DNA from: Basidiobolus ranarum
Taxonomy: Eukaryota
Reading direction: 5' to 3'
Assembly (NCBI GenBank): GCA_040143965.1
Contig: JASJQH010000034.1
Coordinates: 1-42,537 of the forward strand
DNA length: 42,537 nt
Shown here piece by piece: positions 11,201-21,843 of this stretch. Below the pieces are notes generated by a model that saw only the letters and a list, made by a program, of their open reading frames with translations, was not told the DNA's origin and did no database searches. Position 1 is the first letter of the stretch. Each line of letters starts with the position of its first letter. Made by a program: the position numbers and the translations under genes.

Positions 11201-14200
11201 AGATATGGCTTTGTCCAATTTCTCAGGAGTGGAGTTATCATTTTGCAAGAGGCTGGCGTAGACCGACTTGATGAAGCTTAGGATATATAAGCTATTCAAA
11301 TTTCGAGTAAATTTCAAAGCGGAGTCGGATAATCCTAAATAAGGAGAGTCTATGGGTGTTCCTGAGAAGATTCGAATATGGTCGGTGCCTTGAATTGACT
11401 CTGGAATCAAGTCGTTCTTTTCGCTGTCTAATGGATTAATCGTAGCATTGTACTTTCCAATGTTTAAGAAAGAGTTAGAAGTATTAGGGCGTATACATTC
11501 TAACTGCACAATTGGTAGATATTCACGGTAATCATCAATATCACATCCATTTTCTGCCAATTTGTTCATTGTTTTTAGCAATGCGTGAAGGCTGGGGACA
11601 CCGATTAACATGAAGGATAATGAATCCTGTAGTTTGACGAAGCAACGATATCCAGAGATATCGGAGGCTAAGTGATAAATTTCCTTATCTGTGTGATGTA
11701 ATTTGGAAGACAGACTTTCTATGATATGTTGGAAGAATAAATTTCCTTTGTTGGCTTCGATGTTGGAGCACACAATCTCCCCGTCTACGTGTTCAAAAAT
11801 CGATTTCTCTACAAAGTAATGGAATAATGCCAACCCACGTTCGCGATGCGATAGCTTTGCAAAGTCTTTTTCAACGAACCGTTCATCTTGCCAAAACGCT
11901 GATTTGCGGTACTTCGTGGAATGCTTCTCTGTCGAAGACTGATCTGTGTCCAGGAAGGAAAGTATGGAATAACCTTTGGGCGAACTTTTGACCTTATTTC
12001 CACCTACGTACTCATTATCATACCATGACTTATCAGGTTTATGGATTTCACTATTTGATGGTGACGATGTACAATCAAACAAATTATCCAAAACTGAAGT
12101 ATTACTGTAGATCCTTTTACAGAACGGAACTTGGAACCCAGTAACTAAAAATGGGCTAAGCGGTAGTAGAGAAGCTACATCGAAGAACGTAGGAACATAT
12201 AGATCGCCAGTAGAACATTTGATTTCGGAAACTACACTGGCGGTCAGATCGGTTTGTCGTATGTCGATACTTTGAATCCTGTCGAAAGTTACTAATCTTG
12301 CTATGATGCATTTATCTGTATGGAAAATACTCTGCGAAATGGCTTTTGAGTGATCCGCTATATTTTCATCTTCACACGGCTCGATCCATAACTCGCTCGA
12401 TACTTCTTGATTATAATTATTAATGCTTAACACATACTGTACAGCGCACGTACGTCTCAATGCCCCAGAACTAGAGGTTTTAGATGGGAGCGCAATCTCC
12501 TTGTAAAATGTAATAGAGCTTGCTTCTTTAGAAATCGGCAAAAAGTCTTCTGAGATTCGCTTTTTACATAGATATTCGTATGCTAGTTGCTGAAGAGAAG
12601 GCTGCTCCTCATTTTCGTAAAGGAAGTCGTCTCGCGAAGATAGCCACATACTGTGGTAGGTTCTCAAGTAGCATTTGGCGATTTTCTTTCTGAGAAAGTC
12701 GTATTCCTCTTCAGTAGCCTCTTTTTCCGGTGCTAATGTTTTACCAGTCGAGGGCTCATTCTCCAACTGATCCTGATCATCTTTTTGCAAGCGACCTGTG
12801 ACCAGAAGCTCGCTCAATGGTTTGTTACAAATTAAAAAGAGTGGTGCAGGACTACCACTCTCTCGTTCCCTTTCCTGGGACAATTGATTGATTTCCTCTA
12901 TAGCTTGATATAAATCACGAATAAGAGCCCTTCTTCCTTGCAGGTTCACATTGAAACAAGTGAGTTGTATGGTGATAACCCATCTATTGATTGGTTTTAA
13001 TCGTAGTTCGCAAAAGCTAGTCGACTGATTGAAAGATATATGCGGCGCTCTTATAGGCTTAATGTAGACGTTCTGGGATACTTTGAATGATTTCCAGTTT
13101 GTTGTAATGCAATGATCTAGATATTCATATGCTTCCAATAATTCACCATCGTAAGAGGCCAAACTTTTTTCAGCAATGGTGATGAAAGAGGGAAATCTCA
13201 ATAGTAAGTGCACGGAGACCACATCACAACAATGCTTTCTGATTGCGTAAAGTTCATTTTGATCGAATGCATTCCAAAATTTTTTGAATGACTCTTGGTA
13301 ATCAGAATTGTTAGAAAGGGCTGTAGAAACATACGACATTTCCTGCATGTGAGAGTAATGATTTCTGTTTTCTTTTGGAAGCTTGAATAGAGCATATTTC
13401 GTGTTGAAAGTGGCGAGAGATTTCAGTATTTCGTCAGTTTCAAAAATGATTTTCAAAAAATTATGTAAAGTCAACGCTTTTTCAAGTAGCGGGTTGTTCT
13501 TAACGTCTCTGTATTGAGCAGTCTGTACGTTAACAAAGTAGAATGCAAATGCAGTATAGGCCAGAATATTGATCTCAATCCGAGGTGATTTCAACCTAGA
13601 GGTGTGAGGAGACTTCATATCTGATCCCCAGAGGGCCTTGATTCTATATTGAATGGTCACATTTGGAAGCCACGATAGTGCTAAATTGATGTGGATTTTC
13701 TCGGACTTCCCATTCCGGCCTCCAGATAACAGTACGCTGTGAATAGAAAATCCTTGACGAAGTCGCATAGTTAACAAATGCCCCATATCGATAGATAGTG
13801 GATAATCACGGTATCTGGTTAAAATTGCTTCGACAGCAGGTGAATAGCACTGGGGATCCCAGGGGAATGGAGAGATTGCCGTATAGCCATAATTCAAGTT
13901 GATTCCAGTGTTAGTGAAGCGCTCTCGTGGTAAATCACTAATCCTTTCACGACCACCATTGATTGCGTTATAACGATTTTCGCTGCGGCCTCTAGAAAAA
14001 CATGTTTCTTTAAATAGCAAATGCCGATGATAAAAGTTGGGTCCATGGTGACCATTGGAGGATGGTGAGCTTCGTGAGTTGATATCTTCACAATCGGCGG
14101 CATACAGAAACTTCCCAGACGTGGCCACAGCGATATACCGGAGAGTTTCATTGTCGGGAACGAACCCGAATGCACATCCAGGATCAAACCCTCTATCAGA

Positions 14201-15425
14201 ACCGACTTGAATAACGACCACTGGAGAATTGGCACTGGCGAACTTTCGCAATATATCCCGTGTGTAATCATCGATACTTGAGTTAATAACTCCATCTGTG
14301 ATAATGACTAGAGAGGATGCGAACTCTTTGGGAAGAAGTCCAAGTCCAAATAAACCTGCTTGAAGACTATATGAAATATGGCCATTATTTGGACCATATA
14401 GCGACAATACACTTTCTGTAACATGAGTGTTGTTGTTGAAATCGCTTATTTCTGGATCGAATCCTTTGTATCGAGAGTTTTTCTTCTCACTTTTGTACCC
14501 TTCACCTTTTTGCATACGATGTCGAAGTATTATGAGTTCTTGCTGCAATCTATCAAACTCGTAGCGTAATTTATTGGTGATGGCGCCAATATTACCAGGA
14601 ACCACAGCCAAGCCTTGCACTAGTACTCGCATAGAAGGGAAATTTTTCAAAATATTTGATTCTAGTTGATTCTCGGTAAAATGGGTACATTCAGCAATAA
14701 CACTTATGAGAATTTCAGGCTGTACCTAGAAGAAGGCCAAGCTAAATCAATACGAATACACCAAGAACTTAATGAAAATATTTGATAGGTACTTCAAACG
14801 AACCGTCAGTACTGTCGGTTTTAAAAGTAAAAGGTCGTGATATTCCTTCGATGGAACGACAAAGTCTAAAAATGAGCCAAAAGTGTTACTTTGCTGTCAA
14901 GGGAATGAAGGAGTAATTTAGGGAGACATTTACGTTTCATATATTTGATCCAGCAAGATGTGTGACCGAAAAGGATTGAGATTCGCGACAGAGCCACTAA
15001 TATCAACTACAAATACAAGGCGATATTTCGTGGAAACTGTACATATTTTTGTATGAGGTGTAAGTTTATATAAGGAAGGATTGTTAGGGTCAAGAGATTT
15101 CGTTGGATTTTGATCTTGTGGGGCTCTTGAGCGAGTTAGATCCGAAACTATATCTAGTGCTTGAACATTTTCATCCTAAAACATCGTTAGTACACTAAAA
15201 AAGGAACCAACAACAATCTATTCGAGAAATACCTGTAGCTCCTCAAGAGTAAGAGGTCTAAATAGGCGAGATAGAAGCCATTGCTCGTGCTCATTTCTGT
15301 TAAAAAGAAGTGGCTCTTTCAAGAGTAAAGTCAAACTCTTGACTTCTACACTCTAGGTACATCAAAGTTACCAAATGAAAAGACAAACGAAGTAATAGTG
15401 ATCAACTACTTACTTCTGAATCCAT
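5272..15425 (-). CDS. SZT2: KICSTOR scaffold SZT2 homolog, ~3197 aa; 10 exons (15425-15414, 15352-15233, 15175-14934, 14865-14793, 14725-11118, 11058-9805, 9737-8984, 8920-8697, 8640-5790, 5727-5272)
   Basis: All junctions are GT-AG and in frame. SZT2-type motifs run end to end: YRLVFVVDISGS, QPEILISVIA, RVLVQG, LVIITDGV, GFVPDNETLRYIAVATSGKFL, RLRQGF, KLTRADVEFILP, LLHFCRTPLLF, IHVNSFVHDFHL, RDSLWKLL and C-terminal IGFYLWQ. Confidence 0.92.
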
Positions 15426-16279
15426 AGAATTATTACAAAAAGGAGGGAGAATTCAAATAAAATAACATGAGCTCTTGATAGGCCTTTATCAGTGTCAGTA
15501 TAAAATAACGCTAGTAGAAAGTAGTGACTTGAATAATGTAATTGCCACCTCAGTAGATTCCCTCGAAATTGGCTCTCGAATGAACTCGATTTGATGTACC
15601 ATATTGATTAACCCAATCAATTTATAGTTTGCATTAAGCTATCACACCTATCAATATATATTCGCATTGAACATAATGCACTAATTTTAAAGTAAACTTT
15701 TCCGCTAAAGATCCCAAATCATTATATACATTCATTTCAACTTGTTGTGTACTACGGACTTACTAATGAAGTTATGTAGTTTGGCTATATACACATATAC
15801 TTTGAATAGAGTAAGTAATATAGCAAAGTTAACCAACACCCTGTATCTAATGTAGACACTGCAGTCTATTTCTTCAGGTTCTAAACCCTTTCGAACATCG
15901 AAACCAAGCCCTAACTATATATGGAAATGAGATAGAATTTGTATATATAGCATGATGATAGAAGTTGAGAATGTATACGGCCAAGGAAGAAGAGTAATTA
16001 CGAAGGGATATTGAGTAAGAGGACCCAAAGCTGAAAACAATATTTCAGATTCAATTGACGAAGATTAGGCATAAATATTAACCACTCCTCATTGTTATGG
16101 CAGGATAGCACAGTAATAGCTCAAGAGGACATTTGAAACATTGTTATTTATTTACATTGACATTGAGCACTATTCTCTTTGTAAATGAATTAGATAGTTC
16201 TAAAGATGAAATGTAGAGATGACAGTGCGTGATTTCATTCGAGGTGAATACTGATGTGAAAGCCAGCAAACAGCACAAA

Positions 16280-18925
16280 TCAAGATATCAATTCAAATTC
16301 AAGCCAACACCCATCCACTCTACGACCTTTAACATAGTTGAGGTGTGGTGTAAGTTCCAAACCCATAATGGCTGGTCTATAGTCAAGAAAATGATAAAAG
16401 ATTGAGCTAGTGAACTTTGTAACTAGAAAACAAGGAATTGATCTTACTCTGTTATTTCAGCGAGAATATTTTCTACCATCACGTCACACCTCAACTCCTC
16501 AAGTGGTAGATCGCGGTCACAAATGGGGCATTCCCATCTTGGCTTCATTGCATTCAGGTGCAGATAGGTATGAAGATCGAAGCACTATCAGAAAACACTA
16601 TTTAGTTACCGTGCTACGATATCAATACTGATAGCAATAATAAAGAAAGTACCGCAACATGTCCACAGCGTACTCCTTTAACGGGGGTACGGATTCTCTC
16701 GTGACTTATCGGACATCGCAGACTGAGCCAAATTGAAGGTTGGGATACGATAACTTCATTAGTATCCTGACCTCCAACATCTTCTTGATTTGAGGTACTG
16801 TCTGAAGGAATGGTAGTCGTAGCCTGGTATTTGGACGCCAGATATTGAACTAGAATGGGCGGAAGATTGATTAACAAGAGGTGATAAATTTACCATTTCT
16901 AAAGCGTACATACCCAACTCTTTCCCTTGCTCAGCTTTGATACATTTGTTTCTCAATTCGCTTTCCAAATAACCGATGGGTTTGAAAATGTTAATTTTCA
17001 CACCAACCTGAACATTCTACACGTAAAAATCATCAGTGGATCGAAAATTACTGCACTCTAAAGAAACAGCGACTAACCTGCACCCTATCACGGTATTCCA
17101 TGTTAACGTTAAATTGCAGTTTGTTCTCCTTTGAGCAATAGTTCGATATGTCAATATACGATCGCTCATGATCTTTGAGAAGTTCCGCCTCGAGTGGTAT
17201 TTGGAAACCATTTAGTGACACCTTCATCTCGGGCCACGATAAATTGATATCTTTCTTGAAAAAGGTCAAAAACACACCCATTGGTTCGAATGGTTGAGGT
17301 GATTTTTGCTTCCTATGGAATCAGAGTCATTAACACTTCGCTAAAACGGGTAATGGATGAAGAATGTTGCTCACCTGGACAGTGATTGATGCTCAATATC
17401 AGTTATATCAAAGTTCAGTGAGATTCTGCTTTCTTCAAGGCGAGAGGCTAACATAATGAATGGAATAGGAAATCTGTGGAGAATTGGAAGGTCCTTGGTA
17501 GGCTCGGCACATGTTATAGGTTCATATCTTTCTTCCTTGATTTCAATGGATGGAATTTCTTGCTCAAGTGAAGCTATAATTTCAACTTCGTCTTTGGTGA
17601 AATCTTCCAATTTGACACTAACAGTATCATCTTCATCGATAGGATCCACAGCCCCGCCAATTCTTCGAAGCATCTCCCCAGTATCTCCAATGAAAACAGC
17701 CGGCAATACATAAGATGATGGGTTGCTATTAACATGAGGTAGATTCAAGCTGATAGTCGGTGGCGATTCATGCCTTTGGTGAAGATTTGAATTTAACATC
17801 ATAGGAGGTATCGTCAAGTTTATAGTACCGGGAGCTTGACGACTACCTTCCAAAGACAAGGGTGCAGGAAGGTCTATTGGATTGTTCGAAAGCTCACACA
17901 TCGTAGTATACATGCGAGTGACGATTTCTATACATTATTAAGTTAGTTGATGTAATAAATGGTGGCCGCCATGTTGCTATAAAAAGTGGTACCTCTACGC
18001 CGTGGCTGAAAATAAGCCAAGCGTTGATGTATAACTCTGAGTACTTGCCAACCATAATTTACATTGTAACCAAGCCTTCTACTCTTACGAACAATAATCT
18101 AGCAAACGCAAAGTTTAAATTATCAATGTGGGTTGGAGCTTTGAATCATTTAAAACGGATATTTACTTTTAAACAATGGATAAGAGTCTTCTCCGTATGA
18201 AAGCAGTACGCTGAATCAGTTTGGCACCAGGTATAGAGATCCATACAGGCATGAAGGTAGGTACGAGATCTTGTCAACTTTTGGGCTAAATTTTTCAGTC
18301 GATTATTGATACCAAGTATGGTAGCATTATCGTAGTGGTTTCGCAACTCAGACATGTTGACTCTACTAGCTATATCGTCTTCGCCTTGACTAGGATTAAG
18401 TTCAACGATTCTTGGTTCCGTGTAAGGAATAGCGTTTGAGTATCTAGAATTTTCAAAAGAATTAATTGTTTGTGGGTGACGTCGAGTAGCTTTATTAGCA
18501 GCGGAGTTTTCTGTATAAGGGGGGATTGGTAAATATTCAGGTTCGTTTGGAAGTCGAGTATTTCTAGATGCTGTGAATTCCAATAGAGGAGCTCTCTGAG
18601 AAGGCTGTTGTGTACGAAAGTGTAGTGGAGGCGATATACTACGATAAGGATGTGAACGAATCATAGCAGAAGTATTGTCTTGCCAGTAAGAATCCTGCCT
18701 ACTTTGAACTACTCGGTGTTGACTTGTTGGCTGTCCATGATACTGTTGACCTCGAGTCCCTGGAAGGTAAGTGGTATGTGTATGTCGAGTAGCATGGCGT
18801 GACCTAGGTCGACTTTGTGGTAGGACAGGTGGAAAGGGTATAGATCCAAGGATTTCATCCTCAGAACATTCACTCTCTGGAGACCAGTATCCTTCTGAAG
18901 ACTTATTGGAAGCTTCAAAGTGCAT
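16280..18925 (-). CDS. MIZ/SP-RING zinc-finger protein with a Zmiz1_N-like helical domain (ZMIZ1/2-like), ~725 aa, 8 exons; first ATG and last exon less certain
   Basis: Exons 18925-18167, 18098-17993, 17927-17375, 17312-17078, 17007-16914, 16849-16653, 16584-16448, 16376-16280. SP-RING LSLRCPISHERIRTPVKGVRCGHVACFDLHTYLHLNAMKPRWECPIC is preceded by a PINIT-like segment (NLSWPEMKVSLNG). Upstream is NNRLKNLAQKL...DLYTWC...CLKIIVR...GYNVNYGWQVL. No SAP domain is apparent. Confidence 0.88.
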
Positions 18926-19230
18926 TCAACTAGCGGAATTTAATATAGATAAGAAACGTATCCAAGTGGCAGTCCAAGGTAGGAGATCATATATTGGTAT
19001 AGTTCAGGTGATTCCCAATGTATACTAACGGAAAGCCTATTGTTAAGGAGGATTAAATTGCTTGGATATCATATACATATAATATCCATATTTATTGGGA
19101 CTATTTGAGGGATTTTGCCAGTCGACACTGATTATCAGGATCAAGTCCACAAATTCTAAAACACATACAATGCCAGTCACAAAATAGATTGAGAAGTAGT
19201 CCAAAGCAAGCCAGGATCCGAGCTCATGTA

Positions 19231-20354
19231 TCAGGGATCAACACTTGGTAGATGTTTACGAAAAAGGTAAAGAGGGCGAGAGAAGCCTATAGGAACACAC
19301 GATTAATCACGGGCCCAACTCATCTCACACAACACTACCCCCACTACCTTTGGAATCGGTCTCAGGAACCCCCAATAGCTCGCATTGCTGGAATCCAATT
19401 TCCTTGGTCAGATAGTTCTCGAATTGGTCTGGTCTTAGCTTAATTCGCTTATAATTTTCCCAAATCTCCTTTTGACCGGAAGCAATCAGTACCCGATATC
19501 CAATTGAAAATGTACGTAAGATATACAAACCGGGGTCAAATGACTTCTACGATAGTACGAGCTCCACGGCTGTGGCTCCAAAACTAACACTCCATTGTCA
19601 GTGAGTGAATCATAAGCTTTTTGAAACAATTGTTTGATTCCCTCATCACCTTGATTCAAATGGATCCACTTGGTAACACTTAGACTAAAAGAAACTGAGT
19701 AGAAAGTTTGTGATTAGATATACCGAAGATAATATACCATAAAATCACTTGATATTGAGGTAAGCTTTCTGCATGCTCCAATACCCAATTGGAGGTTCGA
19801 AACGAGATGTTTTGGGGGAGACATTCCGACTCGTTAACCATTTCTTGAGGCTTCTTTTCCCCTTTACTGTTGAGAAGATTAGCCTGATGTTTGAGATGTG
19901 CCCAGCATTTTGCGATCAGTGATTCATCAATATCAACACCAAGTATCTCTTTTGGACGGTAGCGTAAAGCTATTAATGCAAACTATTAAGTGATATATAT
20001 ATCGGACCTAGTAAATTCAAAGGACAGTTTACCAAGTTCAACTGTGACATAACCAGCATTACAACCAATGTCAAGTACACTTTTCCCTTCAATCCACTTT
20101 TGAAATAACTCTAATCTCGGATCTTCCTTCCTGTTCCGATATCCATAATACTGTGGATAATTCCCATTTATATATTTTTTCTTTTTCTCTTTCTCTTTGA
20201 CTGTTGTATTCTTTTTAGATTGAGCAGATATTAAGTCGGCCTGTGAGCTAGCTTTTGAACCCAAAATTTTCTTTCTGGGCTTACTTAAATCTATTCGATT
20301 TCGTTTTTTTGAGTGGTTACCATTGACGTGCTCAAGGTAGGGATTAGTCGACAT
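19231..20354 (-). CDS. BIN3: Bin3/MePCE (Bmc1) family RNA 5' gamma-phosphate methyltransferase, 5 exons
   Basis: Spliced motifs GNYPQYYGYR, DPRL, VLDIGCNAG, GVDIDESLI, CLSVTKWIHLNQGDEG, LVLEPQPWSSY, IKLRPDQF and KGFSRPLYLFRK. Confidence 0.93.
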
Positions 20355-20622
20355 ATGTAACAACACAAAGCTAACGTTTGTTGAAGTTGGTAATTTTGTT
20401 TAAAACAATGATTGATTAAAGGTGGTGTTGGCTAATATTGAAAGATTCAAAACAATTGTCAATATTTACTATGAATTTTCAAGAATGAAGACTATACGGA
20501 TAAATGATTCTTTTTATCCGATGATTCTGTGATTTGATTTGCTTACTTCGAATTAGATAAAGTATTCTTTTGATGCTTGACTTTTCTTGTTGCTACCTTG
20601 GTCGGCTTCTACGTAATCCTAC

Positions 20623-21570
20623 ATGATCAAGCAAGTGGGAAAACATTTTGTGTTGGTGATTTTGCTAATCAGCTTTATCACCTACACTTACGGCTCCTAT
20701 GGAGATAGACAACCCGTATTTAACAACTGTGTTGAAAATTGTGAACAGAATGTTTGCGCTAAGAACCCAACTCTACCATTGTCTTTACGAATCACCTTAT
20801 GGAGTTGTCTAGATGACTGTAAGTATAACTGCATGCGACAAATCACCGATATGGCCGTAGAAACAGGGGAGCCAATTGTTCAGTATTACGGTAAATGGCC
20901 TTTCTTACGCTTATTCGGCATGCAGGAGCCGGCCAGCGTGTTGTTTAGCATACTCAACGGTTGGGGTCATTGGTACCATTTAAAAATCATCCAAACTCGC
21001 GTACCGAACGGATATTTTTTAAAACCATTCTATTATGGTTACGCTTTGATAGGCATGAACGCCTGGTTATGGTCTAGTGTTTTTCATTCTCGTGATACTT
21101 CACTTACAGAAAAGTTGGATTATTTCTCAGCTGCATTGACTATCCTCTATGGACTATTCGTGGCGATCTTAAGAGCCACCCATATTGTTGATAGAAAGAA
21201 GCAGGCCTTTGTGGGTGTACTTCATATCATTCCTTTTCTACTTCACATAAGCTACTTGAGTTTTTACAAATTCGATTACGGTTATAATATGAAAGCTAGC
21301 ATCGGTATTGGTATGTTACATAACGTAGCTTGGGGAATTATAGCGTTAAGAAGCTCCGGTCATCCTTACCGTTGGAGACCCATTGCGAGTGCGTTACTTT
21401 TAACTTCAGCAATGTCATTAGAACTCTTTGATTTCCCTCCCATTTTGGAGATGGTCGATGCTCACGCACTATGGCACGCCGCAACTGTACCTATATTGGT
21501 TTACTGGTATACTTTCCTTATGGAGGATGCTCGTTGGGATGCACCTCGTATGCGTCTGAAAAAGAATTAA
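20623..21570 (+). CDS. PER1: Per1/PGAP3 GPI-remodelling protein (315 aa, single exon)
   Basis: Signal peptide followed by SYGDR, Cys-rich WSCLDDCKYNCM, QYYGKWPF, QEPASVLFS, WSSVFHSRD, TEKLDYF, FDYGYNM, LELFDFPP and DAHALWH. Confidence 0.95.
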   Translation: MIKQVGKHFVLVILLISFITYTYGSYGDRQPVFNNCVENCEQNVCAKNPTLPLSLRITLWSCLDDCKYNCMRQITDMAVETGEPIVQYYGKWPFLRLFGMQEPASVLFSILNGWGHWYHLKIIQTRVPNGYFLKPFYYGYALIGMNAWLWSSVFHSRDTSLTEKLDYFSAALTILYGLFVAILRATHIVDRKKQAFVGVLHIIPFLLHISYLSFYKFDYGYNMKASIGIGMLHNVAWGIIALRSSGHPYRWRPIASALLLTSAMSLELFDFPPILEMVDAHALWHAATVPILVYWYTFLMEDARWDAPRMRLKKN

Positions 21571-21843
21571 TTGAATTTTGTAACTTCTATCTATTTCGCT
21601 TTCGCATGAATCTACCTTATCAACCACCAGAAACCTTGGTTATTCCATTTAGATGTTTACAAAGACAACGATTTTATATTATTCTTTAATAAAGATAAAA
21701 TCCCTTTTCATTAGTATCAACCCAAAGTAAAGAGACGATATTATGAGAAAGGAAGGGAAGGAGGAAGAAAGAAAGGAGTAATGAGAGATTATTGTACATT
21801 GTTGTTGTATATATACGAAAGAGTGGCGCATATAAATAGTCCC

